Assembly: GCA_903813345.2 (NCBI GenBank)
Contig: CAIIXF020000001.1
Location: 46,500,001 to 46,564,000, forward strand
Reading direction: 5' to 3'
Origin: Owenia fusiformis
Lineage: Eukaryota
DNA: 64,000 nucleotides
Shown: one piece after another, positions 51,770 to 64,000 of the stretch
Numbering within the stretch: the first letter of the stretch is position 1
Layout of the letters: every line of letters starts with the position of its first letter
The notes under the pieces: model-generated
Database searches by the model: none
The model's input: only the letters and a program-made list of their open reading frames with translations
Told to the model about the DNA's origin: nothing
Translations under genes and position numbers: made by a program

Positions 51770-53146
51770 ATAGGTGTGTTTTAATATAGATCTATGTTTT
51801 AATGTAAAGGGTCCCCAGTGCACAGCAACAAGCCTGCACTACTGGTAAAAGGGGGTGATGTCAACGCGGTTAGCCTGACAGTCTCCCCAGGTAAAATGAG
51901 TTGTAAACCATAGATCTATTTTTAAATGTTAAGGTTTTAAATCATATTCTATTCAAATTCTATCACTGTTAAATTATATATCTGCTTTATATGGGCTTAT
52001 TAGCCTTTTGCAGATTATTGACATAGACATAGACAATTCTCCCAAGTTGTAATCGTACAGGCAAATGTATGCGCTCAGTGCAGGACCATAGTCCTGGAAC
52101 GGGATAAACATGTACCTGTGCTCTAATTGAGAAATATAGACCGAAGAGGAAGTGTTATAATATCGACGAATACAGCCCGCAGGCCTAGACACAGAGGTTG
52201 CAGGTGTTGTGCCTAGCCATAAGGGATATATTTGTCATCCCGGTGTTGTTGATATTACACCTGCTGTGTATTTTACAATTCGAACATGAAAACTCACCCA
52301 GATTTTTCAATTAATCATTTAATAGTCTGCCATTACTATGGCCTGCTGTTATGATGTCACCCATTACTCTTATTACCAGGGGTAGTGTTGATGAATATAC
52401 GGGACCTCGAGTGAAATGTTATAGAAGGCATGAATACAGTCATCTTCGAGTTCTCCATGATGAACGACCATGCATCTACTCATGGAATCTACTCAATCAT
52501 TTGGGAATCTATGCATATGTTGTACTATGACGTCACATCTGGGAATGGCAAAAATAACAGAAAGTTTTGGTTATTTCATGAGCCTCAAACCCCCTCATTT
52601 CCAAAATGGAGGATGGTACTTGAATGCGAGTATTTTACAGTTCAACTTAAAAATCAATAAAAACCTGGGATGCAGACGGACATATGAGCTAGCATTGCAT
52701 GTTAAGATTAAATGAAATTACATTTATGTTTATTACAACTGTATGTTAACCTCAATAAGAATACTCCAGGTGCCCTATTTAAAAGCAAATTCAATACAAA
52801 TAGTGTCTTAAGTTATTTATATTCTATGGCCACACTGTGGCCAGACAGAATATGGTAATATACGATATACATCTTTCACATTTGCACATTGAGTGCACTA
52901 AGGTTATTTCTTCATATTTTTGATAATACAAAATAAAAAAGATCGATTTAAAATATAGATTTGGACATGTTTTTCTTTCCCTAAAATACAACATCGCTTG
53001 CCTATATGCCTAACAGCCTTATATCAGGATATATATGTAATATTCCTTGATAGTTAGAAAATAACTTGGGTAAAATGATTCATCATAGATTTTATTTTTC
53101 AGATTTGAGGGGTATACATGGTATATGATGTTTGGCAATTCTCCCA

Positions 53147-56100
53147 ATGGCCCTGAGTGCAGTTACCTGCAAAGTGTTGACACCCCAAATATGGAGAATA
53201 AAGCTGATTTGTACCATAACGTATAATAGGATACATAAAGCTTCTCAAACTATTCTGTCTTCAGAACTATTTTCTACACCAAAACATCTGCAAATATATG
53301 CACGAAACTTGGTTTATACCATGGATATCACTCCTCCGATTGGAGCATTTGTTTGCCAGCCACTTTCAAAACCTATTCATTCTCAGAAGACTACTATTAC
53401 CCAATCAGTGGTCGATAAAGTGACAAAGCCTGTCCATACACAGGAGAACACTGTTGCTCAATTAAAGTTAGTTACAGAACAAGTTAATGAGACTAACATA
53501 AACACCAAAACCTATTTATCAGCAGATCAAATCACTAAATTCAAGAACGATGACAAGGATAAAGCGATTAATGATACAAGTACTACTAGATATGCTATGA
53601 CTGAAATTGACACAGGTGATACATGTACAAGTGAGAAAGTGAAAATAAACAATGATGACACTCCAATAGAAATATTTACTCCATTTACTCCAATAATTGT
53701 AACAGGACCCCCTGATCCAACCAAAGCTCACCAAATAGGAGCCACCCAATCAACAGATCACCCAGATACAACTATGAAAAGTATCAAAAGAAAATTGACA
53801 ACAGAATGTGATAGAGATAGTTCTGAATATTCTCAATCAACAACAAAGAAAAAAAGCATTTTACCGAAGAGTTTACTTTCTCAAGTGACATCTTTTATAC
53901 AGGATAATAAGCAAATTATGGATGCTTCAAAGTTAGATAAAACAACATCTAGAGTAGGAAAGTCTCATATTGAACAAAAAAAGAAGAAAAAATCTAAAAC
54001 TAATACCAACGAGAGATTGAATGAGGATGGGTGTGAGGCTCAAGATACAACTGATAATGGTGAAGATGCAAATATTGCTGCAAGTGAACTTAATCATGAT
54101 TTGATTGATACTCTTATGTTGAGCAGTAAGTCCACATTTATATAGAAATAGGGTAAAAGGTTGTTGCATTTGCTTTTTATATTCTACAGTACCTGTACAT
54201 GTACAAGGGCCGATCAAAAAGTTTCTTACCATCGGCTGTCATTTTTATAATAAGAGGAGTTGGAAGCTACTACCCTGTCTAATGTAAAAGTTTGAGCATC
54301 CAACTCCTCTTATTATAAAATCTAGAGCCAACGGTAAGGAACTTTTTGATCGGCCCTTGTACATATAGAGGCACATCGTAAAGTCACCTTGAAAGGTTTC
54401 TAGGTGTGTCTTCAAATGTTAATGATTATTGAACATACTGAAAAGTTATCAATTGACATTGTTAAAATGTTGATTATAACAAGTACCAGTACGATAAATA
54501 TCAATTGATATAAATTACTTTTTTTTACAGATGAGTCAAAAAAGAATAATCAAGAAAAATCATTGCGCAGAAAAAGAAAGAAGAAGGATTTTTCGACTGA
54601 AATGGCTACGAGACGTCCTAACTACTTCCTGTCACTTCAGATACATAATCCTAAGGTAAATTCTTCATGTCCATAAATGTATTTGTAAAGTTATCTCGGC
54701 AGTTTTAGTATTTTTATTTGCCATACGGTTACCACACACCAAAATATGACATGTTTGAGTGTGTATATATGCAGTCTAATGAATTACTAAATTGTTGTGT
54801 ATGATTAAACCATGCAAATTCAATGCCATTTAGAAATACATGTACAGTGAAAAGTTGGAAGAAGATATTGCTGGAAAAAAACAAAGGGAGTAAAATTACT
54901 CAAAAACAATATATTAGATACAAGGGAAATAATGGTTTTATTTTTTCAGATTCATGAAAAGTGTCGTGAGGTACAAGAAACTGTGGTAGAGCAGGAGAGG
55001 GCTTTAAAGGGTGCACTTGTAGCACTGTCTACACTACACATTACACTGATGGTCATTCAATTGGAGAACAAAGACCAAATTAAACGGTAAATGACTTTTG
55101 GGATCTGCTCTTTCTTTGAAACCCATTACCCATTTTATAACAATATTTGTAATATTTTGAAACCCAGCACAAAACCAATTTTCCAAAACCCATCACATCA
55201 TTTTTTCTTTCTATATGTAACACATTTAATGGATTGTAAATACATACTGTTAGGAGGTGGAGGGGGGGCTTAAGCCTGCTCAAATGTATTGGCCTTCGTT
55301 CTCCCATCTAGCTCAAAGTGACAAACTCATTGTCTTCTGCTTTTCCCATAACAAAATGTAACATTTTTGCAATTTTTGTTAATTGAGTCCTCATATTGTA
55401 AGACTTATAAAATGCATGCAGGCAGTTTCCTATGGCTTTAAATGGCTGATCCATCTATTGATGTCAGTGGAACAAATTGATTGATCCACAATATTTAGAA
55501 TACATGATTTGGATGATGTCATCCATTTTTTACCATTTTTAGAGCAACCATAGCAATGGACAACTGTCAGAGACTTTTAGCTTCCACACTTAAAAATCTT
55601 GTTACTATTGAAATAGAGGGGATATCTCACTTCCGTAATGCTGTTCTGTATGCTGATATAAAACCTGGTCCAGGGCTAGACATGTTGCATAAAATTGCAG
55701 GTATTTGAAGCATTTTTGTTTTACTCTCCCATTATTTCAATTATCCAAGTTCCAAGTTTGCCAAACATTCTTTAAAAATCATGGTTTTTCACTATTTTGA
55801 GCAATTTTCAAGTGATTTAGGCCATTTTTGAGCCAAAGTTGCCAAAAGTGAATCCCCCTGGAATTTTTTAAAAAGTGAACCCCCCTTAGCAAATCCTGGC
55901 TACGAGCCTGCTGGGTGCAGTCATTTTTAAGTTTTAGATTTCAAGATGGTATATTTCAAGTAATAGTGCATAGATGTAGTCTCCAACTGTTGGTGTTCAG
56001 CAGTTGGTGTTTGGCATTCATTATATCATTAATATCAGTCCGATCATTGACAATAAGTGTGTAAATCTGGGAAAGCACCATTAAATGTTTTGCCTTGGTA

Positions 56101-59037
56101 TTCCTCTAAGCAATATCTGTAACCATGGCAACATATATAGAATTGTTGTTGTAGAGTAGCAAGAAATTGAAACGTCAGGTAGAGTTAAAAAACATCTTTT
56201 ACTCTACTTATACTGTTTTGTAACCTACTGCACAGCTGGTGATATATTGTTAATCTCTTGTTTAGTTTATAAGCGTGTCTTCTGTAGATGCTGTGAAAGA
56301 AACATTTCGTCAGGAGGGTATTGAATCTACAGATGATAAGGGACTTACACCTCATCTTACATTGATGAAACTTTCAAAGATGAGGACAAAAAAAGTGAAA
56401 AAGGTAAATAATATAAACAAATTGTTACATAATTCACTGTGGCTTCACCAACTACCACAAACAAATGAAATAACTTTTTTTTTTTAAAGGATTTGTTCAC
56501 TTAATGTACCAGATAATCACATATTCCTAATTGGACTAAAACTATTGTGTGAATTATATAAACCCCTCATTATTATCACCACCACAAATGGTGACTTATT
56601 GTTACAGTGTCCAACCTTTTTGTGGACATGTTCAGCATCTGGTATTCAGCATTTGGAGTTCAGCATCTGTAACAAATGGCAGGTGGTTACATCTTGCCTG
56701 TTAACACCATCCTTGTTGATTTGTAATCTGTGTTGTCTTGTTATATAGATCAAGGCTGAGCTCTATAAGGACTACATAGATGCATATTTTGGCGAGGAGA
56801 CTTTCATATATATCCAGTTGTGTGAAATGAAAAGAGAGGATGACACAGGATACTACATTGTTGAACATGCTGTGCCATTACCTTATGTTTCTAGTTGTGA
56901 GTAAGTTTTCTTTATTCTTGACTTCAATAGTAGCAGAAATGGCCTTTAACTGGAGAATGAATATCAAATGATAAATAAATGATAAATGCAAGTTAGATAT
57001 ATTTATAATAATCTGAAAACATAGGATCAAATCCTATGCTAAGGGACTTACACATAAAACTATGTAATTCCAATTCTGAATGAACTGCTGAATTTTGATT
57101 GGATTATCGCTAATTTAAGGAGTGTATGTGAACCTCACTTTTAAAGAAGCAAAATTCAACTTGTAAAAAGGATGTTTTGTCAATTGCGTAGAAAGTTCAA
57201 TCATAAACATAAAACTTGATACACCAAACAGGCCCGTTGCCAGGATTTCCAAAGGGGGGGTTCAGTTTTCACAAATTTCCAGGGGGGAGGTTCACATTTG
57301 ACAATTTTGGCCCAAACATGGCTAAAATCACTTGAGAAGTGCTCAAAATGGTGAAAAACTGCATGAATTTGAAAGAATTTTTGGCCAGGGGGGGGGGGTT
57401 CGGCCGAACCCTGCGAACCCCCCTGACTACGGGCCTGCCACAAGTACCAGGTAATTGAGCAAAGATTTCTTGAATCAGAAAGCAATTAAATGTTATGTAA
57501 GATCTCATAAGAAATGTTGATGTTGCTGCAATCTGCAATGTAACTTAATTACAGGATTAGCTATTTCTGATGTTTACTTCTGGTTTTAATTTACAGTTCA
57601 TTGTATGTTGCACACCTATGCTACCCTTTTCAAAAGTTTGATCTTTTTTCTTGAAAATTGAGCTTTGTATACGACACTCTTTGAATAAGATATAATGTTT
57701 TGATCTAGCTTCCCAATGGGAATAGCAGATACAGATATTCCTTCATAAGTAGCTGGTATTTATTTAATACTCAAACTCCAACAGCTACCTATTAAGGGTC
57801 ATTAGAATCTCAAGATCATTAAGTTAAGCACCAAAACTGTAACATTAATCAGAGGGTTGTTACTAGCTTCTAGGCTTAAGGGTATTTGCGAACATACGTA
57901 GCGGGAGTTTCATTCAGCTTTGAACCAGTACTAGTACTCAATATTTGAGGTACAGTATAGTGAATACTGTCAAGTCAACTTTAAAGTTTGAAAATATAGT
58001 TTTGAGTACTTTACATCAAACAACAAACCTCAATGCACATAAGGATAAGAGTAATCTGGGACCAGGATCAATAAACCATGATTGGATTGTAAATAGTAAA
58101 AAATAACACTGGATTGTCAAAACTCACACCATTTGATTAAAAGCTCTTTCATCATTTATTTGTTCAAATATGGAGAACACGTTTGATTGCATCAATGAAG
58201 GTATACATTTCATGTATTTTTTTAGTGTAGTATGTTCACTACTATAAAGGGTTGAGTGTAATTTAGAACTGAATAAATATTTAAGTTGTGGTATTTTGGC
58301 CCTTGGCAAGTGTCAAATTAACATTTGCCTTATGTACGTAAGTTGATGTGTAGCATATCTACAGGTCCATAGGGATATTTCAAATAATATAGAGAATGAC
58401 AGGTATTTTAAACTTATCATCAATAATAATCTTAAAGTTAAGAATTGACTAATTATTATTAGATACATGTATATGCCCTTAAGAGTGTACATTTGGTTTT
58501 AATAGTCAAACAATTTAGATATTCAGATTACTGTATTTGGTATATGCATGTATGAAAAATATGTATATTTTGAATTTTAAAACTTAATTTCAAATGACTA
58601 TCAGATTGATCAGTGTATCATTTTATTTCTAGTGTATGTAAGTAAATAAATTAAATGAATTAATAAACATTGAGTGGGGATATTTTCCAGTGGACTTCTA
58701 CAACTTTTTGTCTCCTAATTTAAAAAAAAAAATCAGTTATGTTTTTCAGAAAAAATGTCTCAAAATTAGGTTTGGCCAATTGTACATGTACTGTGTGAAT
58801 ATTAAACCATGTACTTGTAATGATATTACTATGGTTGCAGGCTCTAATAAGAAGATGGAGACTACAGCATCCCACTGTGAAGAATCATTGGTAGCACGAT
58901 TCATGAAAAACAAAACATTTGTAGTCAAAGTGGACAATATATTGGAATTTAAAGATGTCACAAAATCTCTAGACACTATAGCAAATAAAGCTGAAACTGA
59001 ACTGCTGAAAGATACAGATATTGGAAAGAAACACTGA
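53147..59037 (+). CDS. AKAP7: AKAP7-like 2H phosphoesterase (AKAP7_NLS / 2',5'-phosphodiesterase domain). Coding exons 53147-54125, 54531-54655, 54950-55086, 55543-55700, 56288-56403, 56749-56896, 58841-59037.
   Basis: All junctions are GT-AG and phase-compatible. The protein contains RRPNYFLSLQI, LHITLMV and TPHLTLMKLSK (two HxT motifs), FGEE..IQLCEMK...GYY, and a basic NLS-like RRKRKKK just before the domain. The start codon and terminal exons are less certain than the domain exons. Confidence 0.85.
54204..54359. mobile_element. Tc1/mariner-type hairpin MITE in an AKAP7 intron
   Basis: TA-CAAGGGCCGATCAAAAAGTT ... AACTTTTTGATCGGCCCTTG-TA, ~60-bp arms. Confidence 0.85.
57229..57437. mobile_element. 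hAT-like MITE; related partial copies at ~55740-55910 and ~30580-30740
   Basis: CAGGCCCGTTGCCAGG ... CCTGACTACGGGCCTG with poly-G/C tracts. Confidence 0.7.
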
Positions 59038-60385
59038 CACAAATGGAAGAAAAAGTCCTAAATATTTTATGTTATTTACTATTTACAGAATATCGTAGAA
59101 CTTATACTCTCATACATTGGATATGTACCCAGGGATAGATATGAGAGTCACGCTGATTCAGAAAAATCATTACATGGATACATTTTTCTTTAAATCCATG
59201 GAAAAACATAATATTATTGCATGTTCATTTATAGTACTGATCTTAATATATTGACTAAGGTCAGCTTAATAGAATGATTCTTAAAGCTGTATAGCTTAAT
59301 CTGATGCAATAGTCACCTGACTTTGACCACATATCCATGGTGGATTTTACACCTTATATAATATAAGCTACAATGTCTGGTACGTTCCTTTTAAAACATT
59401 GAACTTAAAAAATTGTACATACTAGTAGTATTAAAAATCTGTTTTGAAAAATAAATAATGAAGTGTTTAAATTAAATTATAAATTGTTAAGACTAATATT
59501 TAATCATTAATATCATTTGAGAACTGTTTATAATACACAGGGTGCGATAGAATGCTATTGATTGGAGCATGACATTTTACTACGAAATAGCAATAATTTA
59601 GCACAATTCATTTTTGACCTTGAAATATACTTTAATTTTGACAAAATACAGTACTTCATGCAATGTCAATTTCATTCATAATTTTGTAGGAATTCTGTTG
59701 GAACCCAGTCCTGATCAAATATGAAGTAATTGAAAATGGCGCAGACCTCCTTTACTCCAAAAGATCGTTTTTATGTCACAACCTGAAAGCAGTGACATAC
59801 ATGTATTGTTATTAATTTCATTTTTGTGGTGCCAATTGGCATCTGGCTGTTGGTGGTTGGTGTTTGGCGTCTGTAAAAAATCTTACAACTTCCAAGAAAT
59901 GAACGAAGTTTGGTAGGGATATAGTGAAGCCGTCTGTCTGTCTGTCTATCTGTCTGTCCATCCGTCCATCCGGAAGATAACTTGAATACTAGTCAAAGGA
60001 TTTTCTTTATATTTGGTGGAAAGATGTTTATTGGTGAATAGTTTAACGCCCAAATTTTTTTTTCAAGATGGTCGCTTTAAAAATTGCAGGAATTTCTCAC
60101 AAAAAATCTTATGTTTTTCATTTTAAACCAAAGTAATAAATATTATTTGAAATGTTTTTGAAGTATAGCTTTTTTATTCCCAAATGAAAGGCAATTTAAG
60201 GTGCCATGATACTAAACAGGAAATGACGAAACAGGAAGTGACAAAAAATTCTGCATTTTTAGACATTTTTTGAACAAAGATAACAGAGTTCTCTTTAGAC
60301 CTCCAGTCAATTTAACTATTTCCACATATCATTTACATGACCAGGATCACAATGTGCATGGTCAGAATGACCCTTAACATGATGA

Positions 60386-60743
60386 AATAACCTTTTCAGC
60401 CCTTTGAAATTCGCGACTGAAAAATAGCTAAAAGTAGGAGCTAGGGAAGGTCACTGAACAGAATCTTTTGAATTTTTCAGAAAATTTGCCCAATATAATG
60501 CTCTAACTGATACATTCTTTGAAATTTTAGAAAATTGTCTGAAACAAAAATGGCGGTCATAAAAAGGAAAATAGATCGCTTTTCAAATCAGTTTTTTTCA
60601 TTTTTTTTCAAAGATGGTATCATTTAGAGCAATATATTGGGTACATTTTCTGAAAAATTCAAAAGATTCTGTTCAGTGACCTTTCCTAGCTCATACCTTT
60701 AGCTATTTTTCAGTCGCATTTTCAGAGGGCTGAAAAGGTTATT
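60386..60743. repeat. Long inverted repeat (~125-bp arms), MITE-like
   Basis: ATAACCTTTTCAGCCCT...CACTGAACAGAATCTTTTGAATTTTTCAGAAAAT and its reverse complement. Confidence 0.85.
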
Positions 60744-60755
60744 TTATCGGGGTTC

Positions 60756-60848
60756 GCGCATTATACCGAAACCCATTATACCGACGCGCATTATACCGAA
60801 ACCCATTATACCGACGTGCATTGTACCGAAAGGCGTTATACCGAATGC
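60756..60848. repeat. 15/30-bp tandem repeat (CATTATACCGA core, 6 copies)
   Basis: CGCATTATACCGAAACCCATTATACCGACG repeated. Confidence 0.85.
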
Positions 60849-62446
60849 CATATATCACTGTTCCACAACTAGTTACTTTGACGGAACGTCAATGTAACAA
60901 AATGGATGAATTTAACGATGTTCCATGCGTTCTATTTTCATGATTCAAGTACTACTTTGAGGGGCATAGTAATAAAAAAATTATCATCTAAAATGTCGTT
61001 AAACACAAAAAATGAAATTGGTCCGTCTAATAACCGAGAAATCAAGCATTATGTATTCTACTTTAAAACACGATTTTACAAACCAAAGGTTTACATGCAT
61101 TTATTCATCGTGGTAAAGCATGGCTAGCCACACGTTAAGCACACCATTAGAAAGTTATTTTTGCGATTTTATATATCATAATGATATTTACCAGAGCAAA
61201 ATAGAATTAAACCTTAGAATGTCAATGATACACCCTGAAAGGATGTGGTACGTCCCTGCTCAACGCATTCCCAAAAAAGTCTGATTCTATAGAATTGACC
61301 CTATCCATATAAATGGAAAAATAGATGGCATCATGGGTATAGGTAGGGCTAAATAACATGACAAGAGTCACTTATTTTCTTGATTTAACAAGTAATTCCA
61401 TTTGAATCAACTTAAAACACCATTAGAATGTAACTATATGGTATTATTGACATATGGATTGTGATTTCATATTAAAATTGTAATCCTTGTAAGAGTAAAT
61501 GAACTTTTGAAGGTTTTTCAACATTGTGTCAATTGGGGATTTAGCCTGACCATTTTTAGAAAACTTAAAATCTCTAGAATTTGAATAAAGGTAAATAACA
61601 GTGCAAAAACTAAGTTGTTTTGATAGAAAATTACACACAGAATTCAAATAGAAGAAAATGTTAGTCTTTAGTGGTTAAAAATACAGATCTCCTAAAATCT
61701 CTTTAAAACGAGACCTTAACGAGATTTCAAAGCTATATGGAAAAGCCACTCTCTGTACTTGTGTCCGTGCCTCATTTTGAGTAGCGAGTGTAAATTATTT
61801 TCGGAAACATGATTACGTTTTCCCTGTAATATGAATTGGAGATGTCTGACAAAATATGGATAGCCTAAAATATAAATTTTGTGTTTTTGAACATGCGGAA
61901 ATATCTTAAACACTTGAAGTACAGTTCCATAATAGGTTGTTCAGTTTTCTTGTTTTTGTTCTACACAACACTTATGTTTAATAGCCACGCGTAATTATTA
62001 ATAAGCGTAATCAGATTATTTCAAGTCGAAATAGCTTATTTTCCTCGACGTATCTACACAAATCTATTCACTTACCGTTATATTGAGCGATCTAGATGCG
62101 TCAATATTATAATTGTTTTAACTCATTGGCTTTAGTGGCCCGCGATACCTTTTACCCGTATTTCATTCATTTGAGACGCAATTGATATATTGGCAACAAA
62201 TCAAATGTTCTAAATGATTCTTCTTCAGTTTGGAATGTTTCTCCTACCCGATATTCAAAGATGTGCCTTAAATATTATACTTTACATTGATCACGATTCT
62301 TGTACATCTGTCTCTACGACATTTGCAAGAGTTGTTGATTGCATTGCCTTGATCGTTGGTCGAACTTCGATTCCAAATAAATCAGATGTTTATCCAAGCA
62401 AATAATTGTAACAACTACATTATTTTTTAGCAGTTTTGACACCTAA

Positions 62447-62855
62447 GCAGGGTAGCCTAGTGGCGTAGACTGAGGCTACTTTGCGGTTGAACGTCGTGGG
62501 ATACGGAGGTCCCGCGTTCGAGCCCCAGGTACGGAGTTGTTGATCATTGTCACTACGGACACCCGGTCCGAAGGTCCAACCGTTTACCGGCCCTTGGCAT
62601 GGGTTGGTTCTCTGGCCGCTCTTGCCGGAGACAGATTGTGAGACTGTGGTTGGTTCCTCCACTAACGTGCTTTAGTAAACTCCGGGAGTCATATAGTATG
62701 GTAGCGGGCCCCCACCAAGGACAGTAGTGGAACGACGCGAATCGGTCCCAGTATGGTTGCCTTGCAACTGAAGAGACTCGAGGAAATCATGCCATTCGCA
62801 GTGACCCAGAAAAGACTTTTGCTTCTTAATTTGACGTTTTAATTCATTTATTTAC
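62447..62855 (+). mobile_element. tRNA-derived SINE
   Basis: GC-rich island with Pol III A box (TAGCCTAGTGG, 62453) and B box (GTTCGAGCC, 62516), a ~300-bp body and an AT-rich tail. A-B spacing is longer than in a normal tRNA. Confidence 0.75.
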
Positions 62856-64000
62856 ATACTTTATTCATATTACTTTCCAGGCAGTTATGATTTTTATTGG
62901 TCAAATGAATGAACGAGACATAGTGTATAGATACTATTAAATACATCTAGATAGTATCAAAACCATAATTCGATTTGTCGGACATATAGATAAAAGAACA
63001 AATGAAAACACAACACACAATATCAATATCAATTGCAATATCAAAATCAAATTGAGAATCAGATGACCTGCTAAGTCTAGTATTGATATAGATATTAAAG
63101 GGATCATTTTAAACTGCCAATTAAAACTTGCTGTATTCAATGTTTCAAAATAATCAAACTGAAATATTGGGGAAAATAATTGATATTTCGTTTGTGGAAT
63201 GAAAACTGATGATAGAGATAATATCAGTAGCCAAAAATTATAAGCAATTTAAACATGGAAATGATGCCAATTTAGAAGTATTATATGAAAAAAAATGTTT
63301 GTGAAATGGTTAGAAAATGAAATAACTTCAGAATTAATGGGATCATTGAGGCACACATTGATAAAAATCACACTTGGATTTGGAAAGATTTAAAGTAAAA
63401 CAAATGAATGCGTTTCTCCATGACAACATATCTTGCTCTCTCTCCATGACAACAAGTTTTGGCCCCATCAGCACAAGATCGAAAATATAGTAATTATCAA
63501 ATTAGAAATGTGAAACTAATTTATATTTAATAGCACAATTATTTATTTCTACCAATGAAACAATACAGTATAAATAAATGTTTCTTCATTGAATACAGAA
63601 TTTACCACAGTTAAATATATTTTATGAAGTACAGGGTTTACCATAATCAAACATAAATAACAGAATTATGACTTTATCCTCTATGAAATACAAAAATTGA
63701 TGGTTAACTGGAATTAAGTTTGTTTAGACGACCCCTCAATCTGAAACGCCTAGCATCAGTTAAAAAATTCTGGCCGCAGCTGAGATGTTCAAAGATTTTA
63801 AATTAAGCTTCATCTGAAATTGCGCGATAAACTTTTAATTGAATATGAATATATAAAAAAACAGATTAACATCCAGTCTCATATTAAAAAGTTGAAAGTT
63901 AAAATATTGTGGAAGTAAAATAAAAATGAATTTTTTAATTTTGAAGACTTGTCTGTTCAATGAAAACATGTATAATTTAAACCAAGGTGTATAATAAAGT

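Larger units (their letters stand above)
46760..51950 (+). mobile_element. CR1/L2-group non-LTR retrotransposon (LINE), near full length, interrupted. Outer boundaries approximate.
   Basis: PHD finger (C4HC3), APE endonuclease (GCET, DR..GGGV, GDFN, LDLV), RT (YRPVSL, DFSKAFD, GVPQG, FADD) and C-terminal FSYFPRTIAKWN. No TSD identified. Confidence 0.9.

Noticed and set aside
62447..62535. Functional tRNA gene
   Set aside because: No proper cloverleaf or acceptor stem, and it continues into a SINE body.
62768..62802. Hammerhead-like CTGAAGAG...GAAA in the SINE
   Set aside because: Stem II cannot close before GAAA, and stems I/III are not convincing.

Overview
AT-rich, intron-containing metazoan genomic DNA, probably from a lophotrochozoan invertebrate (inferred from gene and repeat content). 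Three host genes are supported. (1) The last four coding exons of CNTD1/COSA-1 (+, 1-7402). (2) A single-coding-exon kinin/leucokinin-type neuropeptide precursor (-, 19754-20743) encoding 15x ASFAPWGamide and 3x AAFAPWGamide, with a candidate TATA-driven non-coding first exon about 23 kb upstream. (3) A 7-coding-exon AKAP7-like 2H phosphoesterase (+, 53147-59037) with a long N-terminal extension. A nearly intact CR1/L2-group LINE (47045-51769) has one ORF with a hydrophobic leader, a 2A-like motif (GDIHPNPGP), then PHD, APE endonuclease and RT domains. It is broken only by a 1300-bp hAT-like insertion with a 5-bp TSD and one nonsense codon. The rest is dense in non-autonomous DNA transposons (Kolobok-, EnSpm-, piggyBac-, Tc1-, hAT-, Harbinger- and Helentron-like), some nested. 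It also holds a tRNA-derived SINE, a 38-bp satellite that flips orientation, and a ~109-bp satellite forming one arm of a ~5-kb inverted-repeat element. TE superfamily labels come from termini and TSDs read by eye, not from database searches.
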